DNA of 64,000 nucleotides from the human T2T-CHM13v2.0 reference genome, Homo sapiens, in the NCBI RefSeq assembly GCF_009914755.1, contig NC_060926.1; one strand, written 5' to 3'. The notes under the pieces were generated by a model, which searched no databases, was not told where the DNA came from, and saw nothing but the letters and a program-made list of their open reading frames with translations. The translations under genes and the position numbers were made by a program. This document shows positions 1-14,913 of this stretch, one piece after another; within the stretch, counting starts at the first letter, position 1, and each line of letters begins with the position of its first letter.

Positions 1-129
1 CGATTTTTAAAAGTCAGGAAATTTATTTTCTTTCTGTCTAATTGAGGGCTAACCTGTTTTTTTTTTTCATTCCCTCATTTATCATACACCTCCTTTATTC
101 CATTCTTGAATTCTGTTTAAAAAAAAATA

Positions 130-611
130 AAGGCACATGCACACGTATGTTTATTGCGGCACTATTCACAATAGCAAAGACTTGGAACCAACCCAAAAGT
201 CCATCAGTGATAGACAGGATTAAGAAAATGTGGCACATATACACCATGGAATACTATGCAGCCATAAAAAAGGATGAGTTTATGTCCTTTGTAGGGACAT
301 GGATGAAGCTGGAAACCATCATTCTCAGCAAACTATTGCAAGAACAAAAAACCAAACACCGCATGTTCTCACTCATAGGTGGGAATTGAACAATGAGATC
401 ACATGGACACAGGAAGGGGAACATCACACACCGGGGCCTGTCGTGGGGTGGGGGGAGGGGGAAGGGGGAAGGGATAGCATTAGGAGATATACCTAATGTA
501 AATGCCGAGTTAATGGGTGCAGCACACCAACATGGCACATGTATACATATGTAACAAACCTGCACGTTGTGCACATGCACCTTGGAACTTAAAAAATAAA
601 AAAAACACAAA
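130..611 (+). mobile_element. 5'-truncated L1PA (primate LINE-1) 3' end: ORF2 C-terminus, 3' UTR and A-rich tail
   Basis: ORF 42..389 ends in the L1 ORF2p C-terminus (TCTRMFIAALFTIAKTWNQPK...KHRMFSLIGGN). G-rich 3' UTR tract and A tail follow. The 3' UTR reads GCCGAGTTAATG (GAG type), not the L1HS-Ta ACA allele. Confidence 0.95.
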
Positions 612-945
612 AACTCTTTGAAAAGCCACGCTCCCCCTTCCTAAACTTGGACTTCATGTTCTCTCTCATGTGGCCTTGTTTGGACCTCTCCAAGGCCACC
701 AAAAGGCTCTGCTAGACTTGGGGAAAGGTTAGCTTTGAGAAGGTCTGACTCAAATCCAGCCAATAGCCAGAGGTGAGCCTGCAGCCTGCAGGTATAGCTG
801 GAAGGGCTGATGTGATGCGGGGACTCACAGGGGATTAAGACCGTGCTGACCCTAAGTTTTGGAGGATTTGGGAGAAAAAATAATTGAGCTCCCAACAGTG
901 ATGGGATTTCTACAATCAGCTGGGAGGAACTGCAGGCTCAGGATC

Positions 946-1074
946 CACCCTGTCTGGAGGTCTCACCCCATCTGGAGGGTCTCACCCTGTCTGGAGGTTC
1001 TCACCCTGTCTGGAGGTCTCACCCTGTCTGGAGGGTCCACCCTGTCTGGAGGGTCTCACCCTGTCTGGAGGTCT
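946..1074. repeat. Minisatellite, 7 copies of an 18-19 bp unit (CACCCTGTCTGGAGG[G/T]TCT)
   Basis: Units read directly from the sequence. Confidence 0.92.
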
Positions 1075-1393
1075 CTTGGGTTGGAGGTCTTCACTCTTCA
1101 CTACAATCGGATTCTGAAGCCTGCCAGTTGTCAGATGCCTGCCAGGGTTGGGGGTGGGGGAGGGTCATACCCTCGAATGAATGGGGCCTTGACCTTCTCA
1201 GGCCCCCCAACACCACCAGTTCCACAGGCACACGATGCACTCGCCTTGGTTGGGGAGCCCATGGCATTGCCCTCGCCGGCCCCTGCCTTCCACCCGCACA
1301 TTCCTGAGCTTGGCAAAGCGTCCCGCGTGGGGCTGTGTGGGGTGTGGTAAATCGTGGCTTCTCAAACCTGAGGGTCATTTCTCCAGTGGATGG

Positions 1394-1883
1394 TGTATCT
1401 GTTTCCTGTGGCTGCTGTGACAAAATGCCATTCGTCTGATGGCTTTAAACAGCACACGTTTGTTCTCCTTCAGTTGTGGGGGTCCGAGTCTGAAATCCAT
1501 TTCATGCAGCTCACACTGCGGTGTCATGGGCTCTGGGAAAGAACGGCTTCCTCACCTTGCCCAGTTTCTGGGCTGCGTTCCTGGCATCTCGTCCTGTGGC
1601 TCACGGTTCCTCCCTCCACCTGGCTCCAAGGCCAGCGGTGGAGCAGCTTCCAATCTCACGTCTTCACAGCGCCCTCTCCTCTCCTTGCCTCCCTCTGCCC
1701 CCGTCTTAGAGGAGACTTGCAGCTGTGCCTTGGGCCCATCCTGATGATCCAGGATAATCTCCCCGTCTCAAGATCCTGAATGTACTCCCACCTGCAAAGC
1801 CCTTTCCTTACACCAGGGAACACTCCCAGGTTCCAGGGATTAGGACGCGGACATCTTTGGGGACCATTATTCAGCCAACAACA
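1394..1883 (-). mobile_element. MLT1 (ERVL-MaLR) solo LTR, MLT1C/D-like
   Basis: Reverse strand begins TGTTGTTGGCTGAATAATGGTCCCCAAAGATGTCCGCGTCCTAATCCCTGGAACC, matching the recalled MLT1 LTR start. Confidence 0.8.
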
Positions 1884-2996
1884 GGTAGACAGGAGTCCTG
1901 GGCTGCGCAAAGGCCCAACAGTCTGGGAAGTCCAGAGTCCCTCCCTGTGACAAGAACACCCCTCCCTGCCCCCTTCCCCTCTGTGCTTACTCCCCAGGGT
2001 CAGCTTGAGGCCAGCCGCCGCAGGGACCCCGTTCTGTTCCTCCCAGTCCTGTTAGATCTGAGACTGGAGGGGCCTTCACGAGGATGGCCCTTCTCACCCC
2101 AGGACACTGTGAAGCTCACGGTGGGGGCGGGGGGCAGGGTATGCTCAAAGCTTCAGCCCCTAGGTGACAGGTCAGACCTTGAACCCACTTTTAGTCTGAG
2201 GCTTGGCTCTCTACACTATCACCCCCTGCAGCTCCAAGTCCTGACGCATGGCTTCCCCAAGAGAGGCTCCAACACCTGCTCTGCTCCCACTCCCCCCGGG
2301 GCCGCTGCAGGCTTCTGCACGAGGTGGGCTGCCCTGGTGTTTTGAAGCCTCCCAGGTTCGGGGCCCAGTTCTTAGCACTAGCTGACGTCTGTCCTGGTGG
2401 CCGGGTTCTATGGAGCCTGCTGTCTTTGTCAACAGTTTGAGGAAGGAGTCCAGGGTGGCATTGACATACTTAAGGCCAGCTGTGTTTCCTTGGGCCAGTG
2501 GCCACATCCCTGGGCTCAGTGTTCTCACGCACAACACTAGGGCAGTCTCTGCGTTCCTGCCATGCCAGCCCCACACCCCGCAACCAGCCAGCTCCCAACT
2601 TCATCAAACATTTGAGCACTCCTGGGGGAGGGAGCGTCTTAGTGTAGCCTAGGGGCTAGAAGTGTCCTTGAAGATTCCTGCTTTTCACTGGACACACGGG
2701 CAGGCACACTTTCTGCCTTCACTTCAATAAGCTATTCGTGTTTGCTTTAACATAAAAATCATGCTTCTCTTCAAGTCTGCAGCAAAGGATGGCCCGGGAG
2801 GGGGCGGTGTCCATGTGTGGCTTTGTTTGCTTGCACCCTACAGCCCACCCGAAGGCACTCACACCCCTATTTGAAAAGCCCACTTTCTCAGATACAGTGT
2901 TTTTGTAAAAAAGATCTTCATAACCTCAAAAAGTGAGTCATCAATACGAGGCTTTTAGAAACGATTCCAGGATGACAGTAGAAAAACATGTGTACA

Positions 2997-3419
2997 GCCA
3001 GGCACGGTGGCTTGAGCCTACAATCCTAGCACTTCAGAGGCCAAGGCGGGAGGATCACTTGAGGTCAGGAGTTTGAGACCAGCCTGAGCAACATAGCGAG
3101 ACCATAACTGAATTTTAGAAAAAGAAGCCCAGGTACAGTGGGATGCCTGTAATCCCAGCACTTCGGGGGATTGAGCCCAGGAGTTTGAGACCAGCCTGGC
3201 CAACATGGTGAAATCCTATCTCTACAAAAAATACAAAAATTAGCTGGGCACCTGTAGATGGTGCACACCTGTAGTCCCAGCTACTCGAGAGGCTGAGGTG
3301 GGAGCATCACCTGAGCTGGGGGACGTCAAGGCTACAGTGAGCTGTGATGGCACCACTGCACTCCAGCCTGGGCCACAGAGTGAGATCCTGCCTCAAAAGA
3401 AAAGAAAAGAAAGAGAAAG
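2997..3419 (+). mobile_element. Alu left-arm monomer followed by an AluJ-type dimer, inside one 17-bp TSD
   Basis: Alu consensus motifs; AGAAAAACATGTGTACA at 2980-2996 and 3420-3436. Confidence 0.9.
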
Positions 3420-5112
3420 AGAAAAACATGTGTACATGTGGTTGTGGGAGAAGGGTCTTTCCTGGGCCCCCCACATCCCCACCTGCCTCCACCTGCCACA
3501 TCTCAAGCCCTGCCTGGGAGGAGGATGAAGACCCGGACGTACAGGCAGGCCCCTTTCTCCGCAGAGGTTCTGAGCACCTTAGAATTACCAGGAGGTTGCC
3601 CTGGTGTCTGGCCTTTTTCTCCTTTTGCCTTTCTTAAAGGCCTATGAGATTTCCAGAATTTTCCATCTCATGGCTGGCAACTCCATGAGGAAAGCCCCAG
3701 TGGCTGCATGCAGGCTCTGAGAGGGGCCAGGTGAGCCCGAGCCTCCTGTGTTCTAGAGACAGCGGCCTTGGAACCCTGCTCTGTTCCGAGGGTGGGTTCC
3801 TCACCTCCTCTGGAGAGATCCTGCTCAGAATTGCTGAGAATTCCTGGACATTCTGGCTGCCTTAGCTATGAGTGTCCAACAAGTTCCATTTTTAGGAAAT
3901 CTAATTTAGAGAAGCCCACGTGTGTGACGGGGCTACTATCCTCAGTCCATACTCAGACTCCGCTGACTCCGAGCAGCTCCTCTCAATATGCGTTTCTTGA
4001 TGCATTTAAAACATTCAGTTCTGCAAACCCTTATCAGGTGCCAAGTGCTGGGTGCAGGGCTGGGTTTCCCAGAGACCACAGGATAAGGGAAAAATCCCCG
4101 ACAACCGCGACAAGGCAGGGCGCCATGTCCGGGTGAGGGAGGGGCTGGTTCCCTGGGAGCTGGGGGGCCCAGGACATCCGTGCACTTCCCTGGAGCCACA
4201 ATGTTCCCAAGTTCCCTCCTCTTACAGGGACCTCCCGGTGACACCTGTCATGCGGGCCAGGCTCCAGCCCAGCGGCCTGCACAGCTTATCTGGGCACCAG
4301 GCGCGGCCTGAACACGGCCTCCTCTGAGTTGAGTTATGCCCTTGGCTTTGCCGAGCGACAGCTGCCATCCGTGGGATGCCCCTCCCCAGCCCTGCCCTCC
4401 ACCTGCTCCTCAGGGAACGGGCCTCTGGAAACTTCTTTCTTCACTGACAGGGAAGGGCCTGCCGGCCTTCTTTACCTGGCATCTGAGGGTTGGCTCAGGG
4501 CCAGTCCTGGGCTGTATGGACAGATAGGACGCTCTCTTTCCCTCAGATGCCTACAGCCAGGTGGGGAGGCAAACCCATGACAAACAGTGCGACAGCTTGT
4601 CCCTGAGAGCTCACGTGTACTAGGAGGGTGCACGGGGGCCCACAGGAGGGGCGAGGGGCGGGGAGGGGGACGGGGGCAGGATGGGCTGCACAGAGGAGGT
4701 GGGCTGACTCGCTCCTCCTGCCCGGTGGCACATTGGCCTGGTCAGGGCTACCCCCAATCCAGGGCCCCGCACCCCAGCCTAGGTTCCATTAGGTTCCAGC
4801 TACCTGCCGCTCAGGCCCTCGGAAGCTGTGTGGAGAAGCGGTCCCACAGTCTCCCTCTGGAGGCAAGATGGCATCCAGAGGTTCGCCACTGTGAGGATTA
4901 TGTGACGCCCCTGGCTGTAAGATTCCGTGAACTAACAGATCCTCCACTGAACCAAGCATGCAGGGAGAGGCGCAAACCAAGGGCAATTGGGAGAAACACT
5001 TGGAGTTCACAAATCCTGTAATGTGTCGGTGGGGAGGGGGATGCATTTCAGAGTCAGGAGATGTTGGAATTTGCTTTGTGAATGACGCAGACCACACTCA
5101 GAGACTGCAGTG

Positions 5113-5933
<821 letters not shown>

Positions 5934-6065
5934 GTAGTGCTTCCTGTCCGAGCCAGCCCCACCGCGGCCTGAGAGCTGTGAAGCCACATGAGGATGCCCT
6001 CAACGACTCTGAACTCAGATCGGATCTGAGGGTTGGAGGCAGCCTCTGCCCCACCAGGGCCCAGT

Positions 6066-6172
6066 GGCTGTGGGCAAATCACTGAGTCTCTCTGAACCTC
6101 CGTCTTCTCCTCTGCCCAGGGAGAATGATAATAGGACCCACTTCAGAGCCACCGAGAGGATCAAAGATGAGG
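6066..6172 (+). mobile_element. MIR fragment
   Basis: GGGCAAATCACTGAGTCTCTCTGAACCTCCGTCTTCTCCTCTG...GAGGATCAAAGATGAG resembles the MIR core. Confidence 0.6.
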
Positions 6173-7705
6173 CAGAGTGTCGGGAGAGAGGGGAGCTATG
6201 CTTCTGAGCTGCATGCTCTGTGCAAATAATAACTCTTCATCCCCTCCATGGGATCTTCCGAGTCCCTGGGTATCAGGAGTGTGTCACCAAAAGAAGCCTA
6301 ATGATGACGGAATCTCTGCGTAAGCGGCAGGCAGGGAGTGCTCTCTCCTCCTCTCCTCCCTCCCCACCTCCGCTGCTTCATTCTCCCCTCCAGGCTGCTT
6401 GCCAGCTGTGCCTTTACCCCAAGCCCTGGCATAAGCCAGGTGGGAAAGGCTTTCTGACTTTGAAAGGTGGGAGGCAGTGAGGACAGAGAGGAGGCCCGGG
6501 GTGTTCTTGGCTGGTCCCAGCCTTGTAACTGTTTCCAGCCAGGCAGAGCCAGGCCAGGGCTGTGAGTCCCAGCTGGGAGAAGGGTCTTCCCTCCTGTGGC
6601 TCCGGCTTTGGCTGGGTTCACCCTTGCCAGGCCACCCCTCTGGACTCACAGTGTCCTGAGTGCCCAGGTCTGGAAACGCAGGGACAGGGGCACCAGGGCA
6701 AGCCTGGAGACTCGGCGGAAGGAGTGCAGGGCTTGCCACCTGATGCCTGGCTCTGCAGCTGACCAGCCAGGTGACTTTGGGCGTGTCCTTTCTTTCCAGG
6801 CCTCAGTGTGCTAAGCTGTGACATGAGGGGGTTGGACTCTGCTCCAGGATCTGAAGCCTTTCCCCTGGGGCCTCACCCAGGCTGCTAAGGGCATCTCCAT
6901 CAGGAAGGTGCCCAGGGACTGAGCCCATGAGAGCAGCCTGGCTTCGCCTGGCAGACAGGCGGAGGGTATCAGCCAGGGCTTCAGGGGCCCTGTGTGTGCC
7001 AACCCCCTTCCTCAGACCAGCACAGGAGACTTATATGGCCAGTCCTGCCCAAGACACCCCAATCTGGATCTTGCAAACCCAACATTTCAGGCTGGGTGGG
7101 TGTCTGCGTGTGTGCAAACGTGCACACATGGGCCCTACCTCCATTTACACTGGAAGGACTCCTCCTTAACCTCAGGAAATGGGCAGAGCGAAAGGCCTCC
7201 AGCCAGTTTCTCAGCTCCTGCCCCAGGGGGCAGGCTTGCTCCAGAGACCCCGTGGGCGAGGGCAGAAGGGAGGTGCTTCCTGGGCTTAGAGGTTGGGAAG
7301 TTCCCGCAGAGCCCTCAGTGCCAGCCCTGCGCCGTGGAGGACCATGTCCTGCAGCCAGTGGGCCCAAAGCGATCTGATCATGCTCCCTGCCAGGAAGGAG
7401 GTTTCTTGCACCCCAGCAGGTACACAGTGTTCGTTTACAGATCACACACAAGTGTTGTGCAAATTATGAAACATTCCACAACTAAAATTTCATAAAGATG
7501 AGGTCATTGTTCTCAGAGGCTGGCTGTTCACAGGTTCACTATGCCAAGCTGCGAAGGCACACACTCCCCGTGCGTCTGGAAGTCCAGGTGAGGCAGGAGA
7601 GAGTCCCAGGGTAACCTGCCTTCATCTTCCCACAAATCGGAGTCCAGCACTTGCAGCAAAGCTGGCATGAGGCTGTGATGACCCTGATGTCAAAGGTCCT
7701 TTTCA

Positions 7706-7999
<294 letters not shown>

Positions 8000-8081
8000 T
8001 GGTCCTTTTCAGTGGTTCAGGGGACATTGTCAAACGGGCCAGAGCTGTGCTGGGCTGATGGGCTCCAGGAAGGCAGCCCCC

Positions 8082-8372
8082 CACAACACACACAGACAAC
8101 GCACACACAAGCACACACGTGTGAGCACACATGTACACATGTGCACACACATGCACACACGGACACATGCACACATGCGTGAGCACACACATGTGCACAC
8201 ATGCCCACACACGTACACACGTACACGCGTGCACATACACACACATGCGCACCCAGACCCATGCACACATGCACACATGCACACAGACACACACATGTAC
8301 ACACATGTGCACGCACTCACATGCACACAGATACCCACACTCACATGCACACACGCAAACACACACACGCAC
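8082..8372. repeat. Degenerate (CA)n/(CATG) microsatellite
   Basis: Read directly from the sequence; explains the His/Thr- and Val/Cys-rich ORFs here. Confidence 0.95.
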
Positions 8373-8940
8373 CTCTCCCCTCAGTTGTGCGCTCAGACAG
8401 TGGAGGGGCTCGCCAGGCCTTGCTTTTCGCTTTTTCCTTCAGACTCTGGGCGATTAATATTTTCCAAAAGGCCTAGTGGCCTCCCCATCCCTTTATCACT
8501 CCTGCACTTGCGGCTGGTTTAAAAACAATTCCCAACTTCCTTTTACTCTTTCCAGCTGATCTAACTTTCCATGCTCAAGGCCAAATGACACACAAGCCCT
8601 CCCTTTTGAGTCACCAGTGACAAGTGTCCCGTGGCTTGGTGCATGGCGTTGGCTCTCTTTGCAGAGGTGGGACCTGAGGGAGGCTCTGGGAGGGAGAAGG
8701 TGGGCCGCGTGGAGGGGACCCAAGGTCTGCTTCTGGAACAAGGAGGGCTCCCCTGCCTGCCCCACCCTCCATATGCTGAATGGTGGTGGTCCCTCCTGCC
8801 CCACTGCAGCTCCCACAGAGCTCGTCTCCCCACCCTACCCCTGCCTGGTCAGAAAAACTCCATTTATCCTACAGGGTTCTGCGTGGTTGCTCCCGGAAGC
8901 CCACTAGGATCTCCCGGGTAAGTGGATGCCTGTTCCTCCC

Positions 8941-9300
8941 TGCTACAGGTGGAATTGTGCCCCCGTCTTGAAGCCCCCAGTACCTCAAAATGTGACTATA
9001 CTTGGAGATAGAACCTTTTAAAAGGTCATGGAAGTAAAATGAGGTCATTTGGATGGGCCCCAGTCCAACAGGACTCATGTCCTTTAAGAAGAGATTAGGG
9101 CACAGATACACACAGCAGAAAGACCACGTGAGGACACAGCCACAGTACAGCCACCTCCTAGCCAAAGGACGACCTCAGAATACACCAGCCCTGCCGACAC
9201 CTCAATCCTGGACTTTCAGCCTCCACGACTATGAGAAGGTAAATGTCCGTGGTTTCAGTCACCAGTCTGTGGGACTTTGTTACGCACCCAAGGGGACTGA
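8941..9300 (+). mobile_element. MLT1A/B solo LTR
   Basis: GAATTGTGCCCCC...AAAATGAGGTCATT...CCCTGCCGACACCTCAATCCTGGACTTTCAGCCTCCA MaLR LTR motifs. Confidence 0.8.
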
Positions 9301-9473
9301 GACTCTCCCCTGCGCTCCCGTGCCTCCGGGCCTCCTCCAGCCCAGTGAGCGCCAGGCTGAAAGGTTCTTTCCCTTGTTTCCCTCCCTGCACTGGGACTGG
9401 CCTGGAGAAGAATTTGTCTGAACGCCTTTGGTGCCTGGCTCTGCAGGTGTTCAGGAAACACTTGCTGAAGTGA

Positions 9474-9777
<304 letters not shown>

Positions 9778-10210
9778 GTGAATTAAATTCTTCTTGGCCT
9801 AAACACACGTACTTTATACAGCTCTGAGGCTCACAGAAGAAATACACAGTTGGTGCCGGTGCAGTGACTCTGGGGCCACCAAAGGGTACATCAGGCCCCA
9901 TCAGATCTAGCCAGCGACCTGCAGCCCCCGACAAGCCTTCCTGAGCTTCCACCCCGGCTGCAGCCTTCTCCCCATGTGCCCACGTACTTGGGCTGCTACT
10001 GCTGCCTGGGTCTGTCCGCTTGTCAGTCAGTGAAGTTTCCCCAATCTGTTTATATTAGTTATGCTTATCATAATGGCATTGTGTAATTGAGTATACACAA
10101 AATGATAAAATATGAATATGAAAGTGATTTCTATGCACACTCATTAAATGCCTTGAAAAGACTCATTAAAGGTGAATTGCTTTACAAAATTGCTGTTGAG
10201 TTAAGCTTGG

Positions 10211-10707
10211 TGTGACCGCCAGTCTCCAAGATGGCCCCATGCTTCTTATCTCTTGGAGTTCACACCGTGTGTGGCTCTCTCCCATGTCGAATCAAGACCG
10301 ACTGGGAGACATAGAATACCATGGGAGTGACACTCTGTGTGCTCCAAGGCTGGGTCACAGAAGGCGTTGCAGCCTTTGCTTGGTTCTCTGGGGTCTCTGG
10401 CTCTGGACGAAGCTGTCACACCATGAAGATGGCTCTTTGGAGGGGCCACATGGAGAGGAGCTGAAGCCTCCTACCCGCAGCTAGCACCAGCCTCGGGAAT
10501 GAGGCAGTTTGGAAGCGGCACCTTCAGCACCAGGCAATGCTCCTGAGGGCAGCTCCTGCTGACGTCGGCTGCAACCTCAGGGGAACCTTATAGTCCAGTT
10601 GCTCCCACATCCCTGCCCACAGACAACATGAGAGAGTGTGAATGAGGGTCGGTGCTGTAAGTGCTGGGGCGGCGTCGTTGGCTGGGCAGCAATAGCCAAC
10701 CAGCACA
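10211..10707 (+). mobile_element. MLT1E/F-like LTR inserted in AT-rich, possibly Tigger-derived sequence
   Basis: TGTG...CTCCAAGATGGCCCC start, GGCCACATGGAGAGGAGCTGAAGCC interior, GCAGCAATAGCCAACCAGCACA end. Confidence 0.65.
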
Positions 10708-10780
10708 TCACAGGAAACAGGGGCCTAAGTGGAGTCTGCACCTTGTTGTTTACAAATGTTTTTAAACTCGCATTATATTA

Positions 10781-11071
10781 TTTTTTTTTTTGAGACAGGG
10801 TTTCACTGTCGCACAGACTGGAGTGAGTGGCACGATCTTGGCTCACTGCAACCTCTGCCACCTGGGCTCAAGCCATCCTCCCACCTCAGCCTCCCGAGTA
10901 CCTAGGACTACAGGTGCATAGCACCGCACCTGGCTAATTTTTCTGTATTGTTAGCAGAGACGGTGTTTCGTCATGTTGCGCAGCCTGGTCTTGAACTCCT
11001 GTGCTCAAGTGATCCACCCATCTTGGCCTCCCACAGTGCTGGGATGACAGATGTGAGCAACCGTGCTGGCC
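10781..11071 (-). mobile_element. AluJ
   Basis: Reverse Alu consensus with T head. Confidence 0.9.
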
Positions 11072-11274
11072 TCTCATTAGTTAAGAAGCAGAGGCTCCGA
11101 GTCAGGGGTCCCCCGGGCACCACAATGCCAGAGTCGGTGTGTACTCTAACCACGTGGCCCAGGCCCAGGGAAGGCGTCGCACAGACATCCGGATATGATG
11201 GATGAAAGTACTTTTGTATGTTTTAGGTTAAAAATAAAAATATAAGGATATATGTGAACATTAAAAAAAATTTA

Positions 11275-11557
11275 GGCCGGGTGCAGTGGCTCACGCCTGT
11301 AATCTCAGCACTTTGGGAGGCCGAGGTGGGCAGATAATGAGGTCAGGAGATTGAGACCATCCTGGCTAACACGGTGAAACCCCGTCTCTACTAAAAATTA
11401 GCTAGGCTTGGTGGTGGGTGCCTGTAGTCCCAGCTACTCGGGAGGCTGAGGCAGAATGGTGTGAACCCGGGAGGCGGAGCTTGCAGTGAACCCAGCCGAG
11501 ATCGTGCCACTGCACTCCAGCCTGGGAGACAGCGAGACTCTGTCTTGAAAAAAAAAA
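11275..11557 (+). mobile_element. AluY-like, with shortened middle A-rich linker
   Basis: GAGACCATCCTGGCTAACACGG and GGCGGAGCTTGCAGTG diagnostics. Confidence 0.9.
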
Positions 11558-11775
11558 TTTCTCATTGTAACCAAATTTTTGCTAAACAAAACCAACGCCA
11601 GTCCTAAAAGTTTGGGAAGAACATTTCTGAGGGTTTCTCTGAATACCTGTGGACATCCCTTCATGCAGTGACCTGAAGGTTGTGTGTCAATCAAAGTTTC
11701 AGACATTCGAATGACACTTTAAATGTCCAATTAATTAGGCAGCTTTGCACAGAAGGGGCCCATGATGAACCCTTT

Positions 11776-12714
<939 letters not shown>

Positions 12715-13680
12715 CTTTGACCTCTTCTAGCTTCGGGTCCCAAAGTGGCTTAACAGGGCAAACCTGTACCCTTGGTAGCCTGGACCAGAAGTAAGTGCTC
12801 CCTGCCAAGAAGTACCCTGCTGCTGCCCCCGCCAACTTTGGCTCAGTGTCTGTTTGAAAAGAACTGCATGCTTCTTCCTTTCCGTTTTCATGAACTGAAG
12901 AGGGCTGACCCGGCAGCTCTGCAGCCCCAAGCTGGCGGGCAGGTGATGGTGTCAGCATCACAGTCCCAGGCTCCGTCTCGGCTTTTCTTCTTCCCTCCCG
13001 TCCGCCCCAGTGGCTCTTCTCCTCCCACAGCTCCCTCACCTCCCCATGGCTGCCACCCCTTCACCCCTCGCCCAGACCTCTTTCCTGCATCCTGTCACCT
13101 GAGGGATGAACACTTCTTACGTCCCTGACCCTCGCCGCTCCAGTGCCCTCTGCCAAGACTGGTGCTGCCCTCCACCCACCCCTGGGCCAGGCCCGGGTTC
13201 GCCTTCCCTCTGCCTGCCCCTGCTTTCTTCCCTTCCAAACAGGGACAGAGTCGCTCAGACCCCCGCCACCCTGTGCCTCCCCTTCTGCTTTCATGCCTGG
13301 CCCCAAGCCCTCCTGTCAGGACAGAGGGGCTTTCAGGCATTCAGCAAGCACTTAACACCTGCTGTATGCAGGGCACTGTCCCTACTCCGGAAGCTCACGC
13401 CAGCCGAGGGGGCGGTGGGTGGTCAGATCAGCTCACACCTGGTCAGTTGACCACAATACCAGGGGTGCTATTGGCGCCTAGGAGTGAGTCTCGGGCCACC
13501 TGCCTGACAGAGAGTCGTTAAAGTCAGGTCCTGAGAAGGGGCTGAAGCTGGGCAGGAGGAGAGTGGGGCCAGAGCATTTCGGGCAGAGCAGGTGATGTGT
13601 GTGGACACCCGAACCTGAGTGGGGGCCCTGCAGGACTGGAGGGGTGACGTGGGCTCTGCTTTCTTAGAGAGTGGTGGGAG

Positions 13681-13731
13681 GGGATGAGGCAGGGAGCGGG
13701 GATGAGGCAGGGAGCCGGGATGAGGCAGGGC
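13681..13731. repeat. 3 copies of an 18-bp unit (GGGATGAGGCAGGGAGC[G/C]), the last partial
   Basis: Read directly from the sequence. Confidence 0.85.
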
Positions 13732-14556
13732 ATTCCATTCCTCGGAGCCTTGGGGGGCTTTGGAGGCTTGGAGCAGGGAAGTACTGGGATCCACTCGTGA
13801 TCTAAGGGCTGAATTTGACACACAGGGGACCCACAGAGAAGCTCCACGCAGGCCGAGGGAAGGCCGCTGCAGTGGCTGTGGAGGCACAGATGAGGAGAGC
13901 ATGTTCCTTCGAGGGATGTTTAGGAGGCTGGGCCGTGGGGACTTGGTGGTGGACCAGATGGAGGACGGGGGAGAAGCAGGCCACAGGTGACTCCCAGCTG
14001 CAGGTTCAAGGCCTCAGGGGGCCAGTGACGCCAGTTCCCAAGACGGGGAACGCCGGGAGCAATGGGCCCGGGAAGGAAGAGAATTGATGAATTTGGGACA
14101 CGTTCAGCCTGGGACACCTGAGGACAAGTAGGTGGAGATGCTACGCTGGCAGGCAGAAGTGGGGTCCAGGCAGAGGCGGAGGGAGGAGGTGGCTCGCCTG
14201 CTAGAGGTCACTGAAGTGAGCCATGGCCAGTGGATGGCACCTGGCAGACCTGCGTGGGAAGGAATGCTCCCCTGCTGAACCCTAATCTCTGGAACGAGGG
14301 AGGAACTTCGTCCTGTGGCAGGCCTGCCCGGCAGTGTTGCTGCATTCCGGGCAGCGGCAGCATCGGGCGAGGGTATGGGGTGGGAAGAGCGGACTCTGGT
14401 CTCAGCCCTGAGGAACTCTGCATCTGAGGAACAGGTGGAGGGGAAGCCGGCAGAGGGGGCTGAGCAAGAAACCCTGAGACATGGGGAGGACAAGGCTCTG
14501 TCCAGTACCGTAGAAGCCGCAGGAGGAGAGCTTCAGGCCAGGGCAAGCAGCCGAGT

Positions 14557-14913
14557 CAGAGCAGGGCGGAGGAGTGCCCACTGGACTCAAGTAAGAGGAG
14601 GGTGGAGGAGTGCCCCCTGGACTGGGGCCAGAGGAGGGTGGAGGAGTGCCCCCTGGACTGGGGTCAGAGGAGGGTGGAGGAGTGCCCCCTGGACTGGGGC
14701 CAGAGGAGGGTGGAGGAGTGCCCCCTGGACTGGGGTCAGAGGAGGGAGGAGGAGTGCCCCCTGGACTGGGGTCGGAGGAGGGAGGAGGAGTGCCCGCTGG
14801 ACTGGGGCCGGAGGAGGGAGGAGGAGTGCCCCCTGGACTGGGGTTGGGGGAGGGAGGAGGAGTGCTCGATGGACTGGGGTCAGAGGAGGGAGGAGGAGTG
14901 CCCGCTGGACTCA
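14557..14913. repeat. G-rich VNTR, ~10 copies of a 36-bp unit (AGAGGAGGGTGGAGGAGTGCCCCCTGGACTGGGGCC)
   Basis: Units read directly; 12-aa periodicity in the overlapping ORFs. Confidence 0.95.

Noticed and set aside
42-389. ORF with clear protein homology
   Set aside because: C-terminal fragment of L1 ORF2p from a truncated element; not a host gene and not an active L1
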